Positions 27,260 through 36,397 of a stretch of 53,802 bases of DNA are shown here, piece after piece; position 1 is the first letter of the stretch, and the number at the start of each line of letters is the position of its first letter. Under the pieces are notes generated by a model that was not told the DNA's origin, ran no database searches, and worked only from the letters and a program-made list of their open reading frames with translations. The DNA is from a bacterium. Lineage in GTDB: Bacteria > Desulfobacterota > DSWW01. The translations under genes were made by a program, and so were the position numbers. Where the stretch lies: contig WFRX01000015.1 in the NCBI GenBank assembly GCA_015486285.1, forward strand, positions 1-53,802, in the 5' to 3' direction.

Positions 27260-28594
27260 ATGATCAACCCGCTGGCACAACAATTGAACGAGCAAATCCT
27301 TGCAAACAACCCGCATGTGTTCGAAATGCTTTCTCCCCTGGGGAAAAGGCTCTTCTTTCCCAAGGGAATCCTTGCACAGAGCGCGGAGGCGAAAGCAAAG
27401 GCCTTCCGATTCAACGCTACCATCGGCATCGCCCTGGAAAAGGGCGAAGCCATGCACCTGGCATGCATTCACGAATGGGTCAATGCACTCGGGCCGGACG
27501 ACCTGTTTCCTTACGCGCCTGCGGCCGGGAAACAGGCGCTGCGGAACAAATGGAGAGAAAAGCAATTCGCCGAGAGCCCGCGCCTGCGGAACAAAAAGAT
27601 TGGAAGGCCGATCGCAACGAACGCACTGACCCACGGCCTCACCCTCGTAGGGGACCTTTTCGTCGAAGAGGGCGATCCCATCCTCCTGCCGGACAAATTC
27701 TGGGGGAACTACCGGCTGATCTATGAAGTGCGCAAAAAGGCGCGAATCGTCACATATCCCTTTTACAACAGCGCGGGCGGGTTCAATCTGCAAGGATTTT
27801 CAGAGACGGTCGACAGGCAGGCAGCGGGTGCAAAGAAGCTCCTTGTGCTCCTCAATTTCCCGAACAACCCCACCGGCTATTCCATTACCCCCCCGGAGGC
27901 CGAGGGGATTTGCCGCATCCTCATCAAGGCGGCCCAAGAGGGCGCACGCATCGTTGTGGTCCTCGACGAGGCCTATTTCGGACTGTTCTATGCCGACGAT
28001 CTGTTTCGAGAGTCCCTTTTCGGCCTGCTTGTGAACCAGCACGAACGTCTCCTCACCGTCAAGCTCGACGGAGCCACCAAGGAAGAATTCGTCTGGGGCT
28101 TTCGGGTCGGATTCCTGACCTTTGGACTCGGGCCGGCCGGGGATCTCGAGGCCGTCTATGAAGCGTTGGAGAAAAAGACGATGGGCGCCATTCGAGGTTC
28201 TATCTCGAACAGCCCGCACCTTTCCCAGACGCTGGTCCTCAAGGCCCTCGAATCCCCGGATTTCCGGAATCAGCAAGCCGAAAAATTCCGTATACTCGAA
28301 GGGCGAGCCAGGCAGGTGGCGAAGGTCCTGGAAAATCCGAAATTCGCAGATGCCTGGACGGTCTACCCCTTCAATGCAGGCTATTTCATGTGCCTGGCGA
28401 TCAAGGGGGTGGACGGTGAGGCGCTGCGCAAACACCTCTTGGAGACATACGGAGTGGGCCTCATCGCCGCCGGAGGCAGGGACGTACGGATCGCCTTCTC
28501 CTGTATCGAAGAAGAGAATGTCGAAGAATTGTTCGAGTTGATCTATCGAGGGGTCATGGATCTCCAGGCACATGCAACGAGCGGCAAACCGTAA
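27260..28594 (+). CDS. PLP-dependent class I/II aminotransferase (aspartate aminotransferase-like)
   Basis: NATIG, NFPNNPTGY, DEAYFG, DGATKEEFVWGFRVG (PLP Lys); start trimmed to MINPL. Confidence 0.9.
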   Translation: MINPLAQQLNEQILANNPHVFEMLSPLGKRLFFPKGILAQSAEAKAKAFRFNATIGIALEKGEAMHLACIHEWVNALGPDDLFPYAPAAGKQALRNKWREKQFAESPRLRNKKIGRPIATNALTHGLTLVGDLFVEEGDPILLPDKFWGNYRLIYEVRKKARIVTYPFYNSAGGFNLQGFSETVDRQAAGAKKLLVLLNFPNNPTGYSITPPEAEGICRILIKAAQEGARIVVVLDEAYFGLFYADDLFRESLFGLLVNQHERLLTVKLDGATKEEFVWGFRVGFLTFGLGPAGDLEAVYEALEKKTMGAIRGSISNSPHLSQTLVLKALESPDFRNQQAEKFRILEGRARQVAKVLENPKFADAWTVYPFNAGYFMCLAIKGVDGEALRKHLLETYGVGLIAAGGRDVRIAFSCIEEENVEELFELIYRGVMDLQAHATSGKP

Positions 28595-30152
28595 CTCCGG
28601 CGACGCTTTCCCCGCCGACCGGCTGCGGCCTGATCTCCGGCTCGCGGAAAACGCACGAAACCTGCCTGATAAACCGGCCCTCCTTTTCCGGGAGCGGCCC
28701 GTCACGTATCGCGAGTTCTGGGAAAGGGTCTCCAGACTGGCTGGCGGCCTGATTCGCGCGGGTTTGCGGCCTGGAGACCGGATCGCCTGCGTGACCGCCA
28801 ACCACCCCGCCTTTCTCGAAATCTATTTCGCTTCTTCCCTCATCGGCTCGATTTTCGTCCCCTTGAATTTTCGTCTCGCCGCGGCGGAGGTTCTCTTCCA
28901 GTTGAAGGACGCGGACCCTTCGATCCTGATCCTGGGCGGCGACGCCCCCCCCTCCAAGCAACTCATCCGGGATCTACGGACGACGGACGTTAAGACCTTC
29001 GCAATCGAAACCGGCCGGGATACGGAAGCCCTCCCTTACGAGGCCCTCTTCCAGGACGGCCCGGCCGGGAAAGACGCAAGGCCCCACCGCCCATTCTCCC
29101 TGGAGGATCCGCAGATGATCATGTATACCTCGGGGACTACGGGGAACCCCAAGGGCGCGCTTCTCCCTTACAGAAAGACACTGTTCAACAGCCTTAACGC
29201 GCAATGTTTCTTCGATCTGAGAGAGAACGACAGGGTCCTGGTTCCCGTTCCTCTTTTCCACTCGCTCGGCCTGAACATCCTGAGCATTCCGGTGCTTTCC
29301 ATGGGGGGAACGGTTGTCCTGCTCGAAAAATTCGAACCTGCCTCGACCCTGGAGGCTATCGTGAAGTACCGGGTCACCTTCGTCGGAGCTGTTCCCACGA
29401 TTTATAGACGCCTGCTCGACCACGGCCTCGCAGGGTGGGATCTGTCCAGTCTGCGCTTCGCGTTTACGGCAGGCGCGCCGATTTCCGTCTCTCTCATCGA
29501 AGCGTACCACCGGCGAGGCATCCTGCTGAAGCAGGGATTCGGACAAACCGAGACATCCATCCTCTGCTGTCTGGACGCCGGCGATGCGATTCGAAAGGCG
29601 GGTTCGGTGGGGAAACCGGTTCTCCACGGCGAGGTGAAGGTCGCGGACGACCACCTCGAGGAGGTCCCGGCCGGCCGTATGGGGGAAATCGTCGCCCGGG
29701 GCCCGATCGTCATGTTGGGCTACTGGCGACGGCCCGAGGAGACCCGGAAGGCCTTCCAAGAAGACTGGCTGCGAACCCAGGATCTCGCCGTCCGGGATGC
29801 CGAGGGATTTATCACACTTGTGGGACGAAAGAGCGACATGTACATCAGCGGAGGAGAGAATGTTCACCCGCAAGAGATCGAACGGGTCCTTCAGACGCAC
29901 CCGGATGTGGAGGAAATCTCCGTGGTCGGCACCCCGGACGAGGATCTCGGGGAGGTAGGCACCGCCTTTGTCGTCCTCCGTAAGGGGAGGAGGCTGAACC
30001 AGGAGTCGTTCAAGGCATATGTGCGCGGCAGGCTCGCCCGCTACAAGGTGCCTCGACGGTTCGTGCAGGTGGATTCCCTGCCCCGAACCGTCACGGGAAA
30101 GGTCCGCAAATTTCGCCTGCGGGAAGGACTGAGATCCACCAGCCGCGGCTGA
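28572..30152 (+). CDS. AMP-dependent acyl-CoA synthetase / long-chain fatty acid-CoA ligase family
   Basis: YTSGTTGNPKG, GFGQTE, RTQDL, ISGGENV, LPRTVTGKV. Confidence 0.9.
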   Translation: MQRAANRNSGDAFPADRLRPDLRLAENARNLPDKPALLFRERPVTYREFWERVSRLAGGLIRAGLRPGDRIACVTANHPAFLEIYFASSLIGSIFVPLNFRLAAAEVLFQLKDADPSILILGGDAPPSKQLIRDLRTTDVKTFAIETGRDTEALPYEALFQDGPAGKDARPHRPFSLEDPQMIMYTSGTTGNPKGALLPYRKTLFNSLNAQCFFDLRENDRVLVPVPLFHSLGLNILSIPVLSMGGTVVLLEKFEPASTLEAIVKYRVTFVGAVPTIYRRLLDHGLAGWDLSSLRFAFTAGAPISVSLIEAYHRRGILLKQGFGQTETSILCCLDAGDAIRKAGSVGKPVLHGEVKVADDHLEEVPAGRMGEIVARGPIVMLGYWRRPEETRKAFQEDWLRTQDLAVRDAEGFITLVGRKSDMYISGGENVHPQEIERVLQTHPDVEEISVVGTPDEDLGEVGTAFVVLRKGRRLNQESFKAYVRGRLARYKVPRRFVQVDSLPRTVTGKVRKFRLREGLRSTSRG

Positions 30153-30176
30153 TGCCCCGGGACACGGCAAGTCGCC

Positions 30177-30734
30177 TCAGCCCTCGGGACCCGGAAGCCC
30201 CAGGGCCTCGCGAACCGCGGCGGTAAACGATTCCAGGAACAGAAAAGAGCGAGTGTCCAGCGTACGGGCAATCTCCTTCATGGATTGGAAACGGTTCGGG
30301 GGGCGGAAGTCGGGCAGCAGTTCCGCAAGGGGAAGGACCCAGAAAGTTTGTGTCGGGATACGGGGGTCGGGCAGAGACATGCCTGCCTGCTCCACCTCCA
30401 GGTCACCGTAAACCAGCAGGTCCAGGTCGAGGCTCCGGGGCGCGTACCGGTCCCCGGACCTGTTCCGCTGCACGGACCTCTCCACGTCACGCAAGACATC
30501 GTACTTGAGCGCAAAGGGGTCCAGGTCGGTCCGAATTTTCAGTACGCCGTTCACAAAGGGAGGGGCCTCGCGCCCGTCCGGCACAATGGCCGGGTTTCGG
30601 TAGAAGCGAGAGGCGCCCAGCACCTGCACACGGGCGGTGATCCGGGGAAGGGCGGAGAGGATGTTCCGCTCCGGATCCACATTGGACCCGACGCCCACAA
30701 ACACCTCGACGGAACCGAAAGGAAATTCGCCCAT
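30177..30734 (-). CDS. folK: 6-hydroxymethyl-7,8-dihydropterin pyrophosphokinase
   Basis: GVGSNV, FVNGV, PRSLDLDLLVYG; adjacent to folB. Confidence 0.92.
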   Translation of the reverse strand: MGEFPFGSVEVFVGVGSNVDPERNILSALPRITARVQVLGASRFYRNPAIVPDGREAPPFVNGVLKIRTDLDPFALKYDVLRDVERSVQRNRSGDRYAPRSLDLDLLVYGDLEVEQAGMSLPDPRIPTQTFWVLPLAELLPDFRPPNRFQSMKEIARTLDTRSFLFLESFTAAVREALGLPGPEG

Positions 30735-30748
30735 TCACCGGGATCCAT

Positions 30749-31192
30749 TCATGGTGCGCCACCGGGGCCGCTTACCGGAGGCCCCGGAGGGGAGTCCTGA
30801 TCCCCGGTCCCGGATTCCCGCTCCCTGACAATCTCCACACCCACCGTGCGCGCAGCCCGCAATGCACCCGGCTTCTCGACGCGAACCCGGACCCGATGTA
30901 CCACAGGCTCCCCCAAACACGCGTCAGCAATCCGCGCGGCGAGGGCCTCGATGAGAAAAAAACGGGATCCGGCCACGATGGTCTCGATCCGGTCTCGTAG
31001 GGCCTTGTAATCTGCAGTGAGGTTCAGGTCATCCCGCTTCCCCGCCGCCGCGAGGTCCATCTCCAGGTCCAGGTCGATCTGCACCGTCTGGAGGATCTCT
31101 CGTTCCCAGTCGTTCACCCCGATGGTGCAGGCAAGACGGAGATCCCTGATATAGATCCGGTCCATAGGAGAGAAAATCGATTCCGATTTCAT
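30749..31192 (-). CDS. folB: Dihydroneopterin aldolase
   Basis: DRIYI..IGVNDWER, ADY, LIEALA, EKPGA. Confidence 0.93.
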   Translation of the reverse strand: MKSESIFSPMDRIYIRDLRLACTIGVNDWEREILQTVQIDLDLEMDLAAAGKRDDLNLTADYKALRDRIETIVAGSRFFLIEALAARIADACLGEPVVHRVRVRVEKPGALRAARTVGVEIVRERESGTGDQDSPPGPPVSGPGGAP

Positions 31193-31572
31193 TGCTTGGG
31201 GGGTGTTGCGTCCTGTTCCGCAGGCCCGTTCCCTTCGTCGAAGGGCTCATCCGCATACGAGTCCAGGGAAGTGGAATCGTCGTATCCGCCCTGGGCGCGC
31301 AGGCCCGCCAGCTCCTTTTCCAGGGCCCGCACCTGCCTTCGAAGGCGCATCCTGGTAGAAAGGTCGATGACCCACATCAGGCACAGGCCGGCGAGGAAAC
31401 AGATAATGATCACGGCGTAGAGCGGAATGGGCTCGGATCTCCATGCGCCCACCTTCCAGATCTCGTACCCCAGGGTAATATCCGTATCAAGCAGCGGGGG
31501 GATGTTCTGCCAAGCCATGGACAGGAGAATGAGCAGGACGATGATCCAGAATGTGAACTTCAAACCTTTCAT
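31189..31572 (-). CDS. lapA: LapA-family (lipopolysaccharide assembly A) membrane protein
   Basis: TM-QN..PL-TM followed by a coiled coil (RLRRQVRALEKEL); position after ihfB-HIT. Confidence 0.65.
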   Translation of the reverse strand: MKGLKFTFWIIVLLILLSMAWQNIPPLLDTDITLGYEIWKVGAWRSEPIPLYAVIIICFLAGLCLMWVIDLSTRMRLRRQVRALEKELAGLRAQGGYDDSTSLDSYADEPFDEGNGPAEQDATPPKQ

Positions 31573-31638
31573 TGAAAACCCCCCTTTCTCGAAAACGCTT
31601 TCAATGCATTAAGAATCCCTTGTGAACCGCCGCCCCTT

Positions 31639-32127
31639 TCAGAAATCTTCTTTCCCCGCAAACACCGGCGACAGCGTGCTCCATGTATCGGCGAGCGACT
31701 CGGATATGACCCGCGTTTCCGTAAAAACCGCCATGAAGTTGTTGTCCCCGTTCCAGCGTGGCAAAAGATGAAAGTGCAGGTGCTCCTCGACCCCGGCACC
31801 CGCCACCTTCCCGAGGTTCATCCCGAGGTTGAGTCCGTCCGGCCCATAGGCCTGCTTCAGGCGACGCACCGAGGTCCGCACCGTTTCCATCAGTTCAATC
31901 GCCTCATCCTGCTCCAGTTCTTCCAAAAGAGATACGTGGCGGCAGGGAGAGATCAGCAGGTGCCCGTTGATGTAAGGGTACCTGTTGAGCATAACGAAGC
32001 ATCTCTCGCCTCGCGCGAGGACCCCCGCCTCCCGCGGGTTCATTTCCAGCGCGGCACAGAAGACGCATTTCGCGGGCTTGGGTCCCAAAATGTACTCCCT
32101 CCTCCAGGGTGCCCAGAGATGCCTCAC
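31639..32127 (-). CDS. HIT-family (Ap4A hydrolase/phosphorylase-like) protein
   Basis: LWAPWR, CVFC, NRYPYINGH, GAGVEEHLHFHLLPRW; GTG start. Confidence 0.92.
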   Translation of the reverse strand: MRHLWAPWRREYILGPKPAKCVFCAALEMNPREAGVLARGERCFVMLNRYPYINGHLLISPCRHVSLLEELEQDEAIELMETVRTSVRRLKQAYGPDGLNLGMNLGKVAGAGVEEHLHFHLLPRWNGDNNFMAVFTETRVISESLADTWSTLSPVFAGKEDF

Positions 32128-32140
32128 GCGCCCTTCCCCC

Positions 32141-32464
32141 TCAGAGGCCCTCTCCACCTTCTTGCAACGCAGCGGCCGAAGGGGTGCCCTGGTTGATGCG
32201 CTCGTAAAGTTCCTTGCCGATCTTGAAAAAAGGCATCCTCTTGGCCGGAATCCTGACCGTCTCCCCCGTCTTCGGGTTCCGACCCTCACGATCTCCCCGG
32301 TTCTTCACTTTGAAACTCCCGAATCCACGGATCTCGATGCGGTCCCCGTCGACCAGCGCATCGACCATGCTGTCGAAGATCGTGTTCACAATAATCTCCG
32401 CGTCCTTTCGGGTCAGGTAGGGGAGCCGCTCGGCCACACGGTTGATCAGTTCCGACTTCGTCAT
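32141..32464 (-). CDS. ihfB: Integration host factor subunit beta
   Basis: MTKSELI, RIEIRGFGSF, GRNPKTGE, FKIGKELYERIN. Confidence 0.95.
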   Translation of the reverse strand: MTKSELINRVAERLPYLTRKDAEIIVNTIFDSMVDALVDGDRIEIRGFGSFKVKNRGDREGRNPKTGETVRIPAKRMPFFKIGKELYERINQGTPSAAALQEGGEGL

Positions 32465-32465
32465 C

Positions 32466-33404
32466 TCATCTCCTCCCTAAAACTGAGAGTCCCTCGGGAT
32501 GAAAATGTATGGGATCCGCCAGCTCAAGACCGGAACGGAACGCGCTTCCCACGGTTTCCGCAAGGGTTTGAACAAGGTACTCCCATATCTTCTTTCTTTT
32601 CTCTTCCGGATAAAGGATCTCGGGTTTTCCCTCGATGCCCGCCAGTTCCGCCGCCCTGTCGATCGCATCCTCGAAATCCCCCAGACGATCCACCAACCCG
32701 TTCTCCTTGGCCTGCTCCCCCGTAAAAACCCTGCCATCCGCCAGCGGCTCGATTTCCTCGACGGTCTTTCCTCTGCCGCGCGCTACATCTCGAATAAACT
32801 GCTTGTGAATGTTGTCGATCAGGTTTTGCAGAAGCCGTCGTTCCTCTTCCGTCATCTGCCGGGTCGGATTGCCCATATCCTTGAAGCGACCGCTCTTCAA
32901 TACCTCAGCCCTGAGCCCGACTTTCTTCATCAGCTGTTCGACATTCGGGTACTCTGAGATGACGCCGATGCTGCCTGTAATGGTTCCCGGATTGGCGACG
33001 ATCTCCGACGCCGCACAGGCAACATAGTACCCCCCGGACGCCGCCACATTCCCCATCGAGGCAAGAACGACCTTGTTTTTCCTGAGCTTCCTGATTTCCG
33101 CATAGATTTCCTGTGCGGCAACCACCGTTCCACCCGGGGAATCGATCCGGAGAACCAGCGCCTTGACGTCTTTCTTGTCTCGAACCTCTTTGATTTGGCG
33201 AATCGTTTCCCTCGAGCTGGCAAGCACGCCCTGAATGGAAACGACTGCGACCTTGTCCCTGGAAAGGATGGTCCCCTCTCCCCCGAACACACCCCACCGC
33301 CCCGCCAAATAACTTGCCCCGAAGATCAGTCCAAGTATCAGGACGATGAAGAGTAGACCCTTCCCCCTGCTCCGGCCCGGCATCGTTCTATTCAAGCCCC
33401 GCAT
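32466..33404 (-). CDS. sppA: Signal peptide peptidase SppA (36K type)
   Basis: [30 protein letters not shown]. Confidence 0.95.
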   Translation of the reverse strand: MRGLNRTMPGRSRGKGLLFIVLILGLIFGASYLAGRWGVFGGEGTILSRDKVAVVSIQGVLASSRETIRQIKEVRDKKDVKALVLRIDSPGGTVVAAQEIYAEIRKLRKNKVVLASMGNVAASGGYYVACAASEIVANPGTITGSIGVISEYPNVEQLMKKVGLRAEVLKSGRFKDMGNPTRQMTEEERRLLQNLIDNIHKQFIRDVARGRGKTVEEIEPLADGRVFTGEQAKENGLVDRLGDFEDAIDRAAELAGIEGKPEILYPEEKRKKIWEYLVQTLAETVGSAFRSGLELADPIHFHPEGLSVLGRR

Positions 33405-33453
33405 CTTGGGGTTTCTTCAAGGAAAATCCGAGGAATGGGAGCGCCCCGGGGCC

Positions 33454-35385
33454 TCAGCCCTCGGGCTTGCCCGCTTCTTCCCCCTCGTCTGCCGTGAGAG
33501 TCTCTTCTTCCGTCGGGGTCTCCGCCGATTCCGGCGTCGTGGCCTCTGTCGGCTCGGAAGGGGCGCCCTTGGCGGCGCCGGATGGTTCGGAAGCCTCCCG
33601 GTCCGCATCCGGCAGATCGAGGGTCTTGGACAGGTCTCTGAGTTCTTGTTTCCAATCTTCCTCTACGCGATAAGGCTCCTCTTTCTGAGCCAGGAAGGCG
33701 TCCATATCCGCTTTTTCCATATCCTTCTTCAAGGCCTTGATACTCAATCCGATCTTTCGTTCCCTGGGATCCAGATGGATGATTTTCGCCTCGAGTTCAT
33801 CCCCGACAACGGAAAAGTTGCGAATATCTTCCACTCTCTCATCGCTGAGTTCGGAAATGTGAATCAATCCCTCAATGCCCCTCTCGATCTCGAGAAAGAC
33901 CCCGAAATCCGTCACGTTCGTCACTTTGCCCTTCACCAGGTCCCCAAGGCGGTAACGATCCGGAATCTCGTCCCACGGGTCCTTCTCCAGCTGTTTGATT
34001 CCAAGGGAAAACTTGTTGTTCTCCTCGTCAATGTTCAGCACCACCGCCTCGATCTCATCTCCCTTCTTGTAAATCTCGCCCGGGTGCTTCACCTTGTGGG
34101 TCCAGGACAGGTCCGAGATGTGCACGAGACCGTCGATGCCGTCTTCGATGCCCACGAAAATCCCGAAATCCGTAATATTCCGAATCGTCCCCTTGATGCG
34201 GGAGCCTTTCGGGTACTTATCCTTGAGGACCGACCACGGGTTCGGTTCCGTCTGCTTCAAGCCGAGAGAGATTCGCTGGTTCTCCACGTCGAGGTTCAAT
34301 ACCACGGCCTCGACCACATCCTGGACCGAAAGGATTTGCGAGGGATGTCGAATTTTCTTGACCCACGACATCTCGGAAATGTGAATCAATCCTTCTATGC
34401 CCTGCTCGAGTTCCACAAAGGCCCCGTAATCGGTCAGGCTGACCACCCGCCCTTCCAGCCTCGTTCCCACGGGATACTTCTCGGCCGCGGAAGTCCATGG
34501 GTCCGGCATCGTCTGCTTCAGGCCCAGCGACACCCTTTCCCGTTCCCGATCATACCGGAGCACTTTGACGTTGACTTCGTCTCCAATGGACAGGAGTTCG
34601 GACGGGTGTCCCACCCTGCCCCAGGACATGTCCGTGATGTGCAGCAGACCGTCCACGCCCCCCAGGTCGATGAAGGCACCGTAGTCGGTGATGTTTTTCA
34701 CGATGCCCTCGAGAACAACACCCTCTTCCATCCGCTTGAGCGTCTCCTTTCGGAGAGCGTCTCGCTCCTTCTCCAGCAATACCCTGCGTGAAAGGACGAT
34801 GTTGCCCCGCTTTTTGTTGAACTTGAGAATCTTGAACTGAAAGGTCTTTCCAATCAGGTCGTCGAGATTCTTGACGGGACGCAAATCCACCTGGCTTCCC
34901 GGCAGAAACGCGGGTACGCCGATGTCCACGGACAGGCCTCCCTTCACCCGCTGCACGATCCTGCCTTCCACGACCTTCTCCTCATTGTACGCCTCCTGAA
35001 GGTCGTCCCATATCTTCAGTTGATCGGCCTTTTCCTTGGAGAGCCACACGATGCCTTCTTCATCTTCCACGGCCTCAAGGAAAACCTTGATCGTGTCTCC
35101 CACCTTCACGGAATGGGACCCATCCGGTTGCCGGAATTCGGCCAGCGGCACCTCCCCCTCTGACTTATATCCGATATCCACCGTCACGGTCTCCGGCCCG
35201 ATTCGGATCACTTCGCCGACCACCACCTCACCGACCTCAACCTTCTGTTTCTCCATGGACTGGTCGAGCAGGGTGGCGAAATCCTCCTCTTCATCGTTCC
35301 GTTCTGGCGGGTTCTCTTGCGCCGTCATCTCGGTTGTGGGGTCTTCGGCGCCGGTCTTGTCCTCGGGCGTAGTTGTTGAATTCAT
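33454..35385 (-). CDS. rpsA: 30S ribosomal protein S1
   Basis: Six S1 repeats (DIGYKSEG, FLPGSQVD, DGLLHITDMSW and others); start trimmed to MNSTT. Confidence 0.97.
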   Translation of the reverse strand: MNSTTTPEDKTGAEDPTTEMTAQENPPERNDEEEDFATLLDQSMEKQKVEVGEVVVGEVIRIGPETVTVDIGYKSEGEVPLAEFRQPDGSHSVKVGDTIKVFLEAVEDEEGIVWLSKEKADQLKIWDDLQEAYNEEKVVEGRIVQRVKGGLSVDIGVPAFLPGSQVDLRPVKNLDDLIGKTFQFKILKFNKKRGNIVLSRRVLLEKERDALRKETLKRMEEGVVLEGIVKNITDYGAFIDLGGVDGLLHITDMSWGRVGHPSELLSIGDEVNVKVLRYDRERERVSLGLKQTMPDPWTSAAEKYPVGTRLEGRVVSLTDYGAFVELEQGIEGLIHISEMSWVKKIRHPSQILSVQDVVEAVVLNLDVENQRISLGLKQTEPNPWSVLKDKYPKGSRIKGTIRNITDFGIFVGIEDGIDGLVHISDLSWTHKVKHPGEIYKKGDEIEAVVLNIDEENNKFSLGIKQLEKDPWDEIPDRYRLGDLVKGKVTNVTDFGVFLEIERGIEGLIHISELSDERVEDIRNFSVVGDELEAKIIHLDPRERKIGLSIKALKKDMEKADMDAFLAQKEEPYRVEEDWKQELRDLSKTLDLPDADREASEPSGAAKGAPSEPTEATTPESAETPTEEETLTADEGEEAGKPEG

Positions 35386-35534
35386 TCCTGGTTCCTTCTC
35401 CTGCTGCTGCTGCTTGCCGGCGCCGGTCCAAAGGGACCCAACGCCTTGGTTTGCGGGACGCATGGAGGACTCCCCAGCCCAACTCGGGTTCGGGGAATCC
35501 CCGGCTTCAGCCAATTGCTCAAACGGCAAAGAAT
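35386..35534 (-). promoter_or_regulatory. Structured rpsA 5' leader
   Basis: GC-rich hairpins at 35465-35502 and 35419-35445 between the promoter and the start codon. Confidence 0.4.
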
Positions 35535-35540
35535 TTTTTA

Positions 35541-35569
35541 ATTATACCGGTACCTTACTAAAAGAGCAA
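35541..35569 (-). promoter_or_regulatory. Sigma70 promoter of rpsA
   Basis: TTGCTC-N17-TATAAT. Confidence 0.6.
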
Positions 35570-35612
35570 GGCAGGCTCTCCACGGCATTTCAGCTCGGCA
35601 TCCCGCCCCACC

Positions 35613-36335
35613 TCATGCCTTTGGGGCTTTCCCCCTCCCCTTCCCGGGGAGAAGGGCGACAATGCGATCCAGAACCTGCCCCGGGTCGAGATTTGTAGTA
35701 TCGATCAGCACCGCATCAGGAGCGGGCGCCAGGGGGGCCACCTTGCGGGTCCTGTCCCTCCGGTCCCGCGTAAGGATCTCGCGGGCCAGTTGCTCCTGGG
35801 CTACCTCGATCCCCTTCTCCTTCCACTGGAGGTAACGCCTTTTCGCCCGTTCCTCCGGCTCTGCATCGAGGAACACCTTCACATCCGCTTCCGGCAAAAC
35901 CACCGTACCGATATCCCGGCCTTCCATGACCACGTTGCCCCGTCCGCCCAACTCGCGCTGCTTTTCCACGAGCACCCGGCGAACCTCGGGAAACCGTGAC
36001 AGGCGCGAGGCCTCTTCACTCACACCCGGCAACCGGAGCGCCGGGGTCACGTCCTCACCGTTCAGCATCACCGTCGGTGCGCCGTCCGTAACGGTGAACC
36101 CGATCCGCATCTCCCGCGCGAGGCCGGCAAGCCCCGCGGCATCATCCACGCTCACCTCGCGCTTCCGGGCCAGAAGGGCCAGTGCCCGGTACATGGCACC
36201 TGTATCGATGTATCTGCATCCCGTCCGTTGGGCCAGGGCCTGTGAGATTGTACTCTTTCCCACACCGGAAGGCCCGTCGATCGCAATCACGAGCCCTTTT
36301 CTCTTTTCCCTTGCGCGTTGATTCAATTTCGACAA
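35613..36335 (-). CDS. cmk: Cytidylate kinase
   Basis: IAIDGPSGVGKST, DTGAMYR, EGRDIGTVVLP, RDRRD; aroA-cmk-rpsA synteny. Confidence 0.96.
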   Translation of the reverse strand: MSKLNQRAREKRKGLVIAIDGPSGVGKSTISQALAQRTGCRYIDTGAMYRALALLARKREVSVDDAAGLAGLAREMRIGFTVTDGAPTVMLNGEDVTPALRLPGVSEEASRLSRFPEVRRVLVEKQRELGGRGNVVMEGRDIGTVVLPEADVKVFLDAEPEERAKRRYLQWKEKGIEVAQEQLAREILTRDRRDRTRKVAPLAPAPDAVLIDTTNLDPGQVLDRIVALLPGKGRGKAPKA

Positions 36336-36397
36336 CCTTCACTGCCTTGGCTCATCTCGGAGCCGCCTTTGCCCTTCACCCTTTCGCCTGTTCCTTC

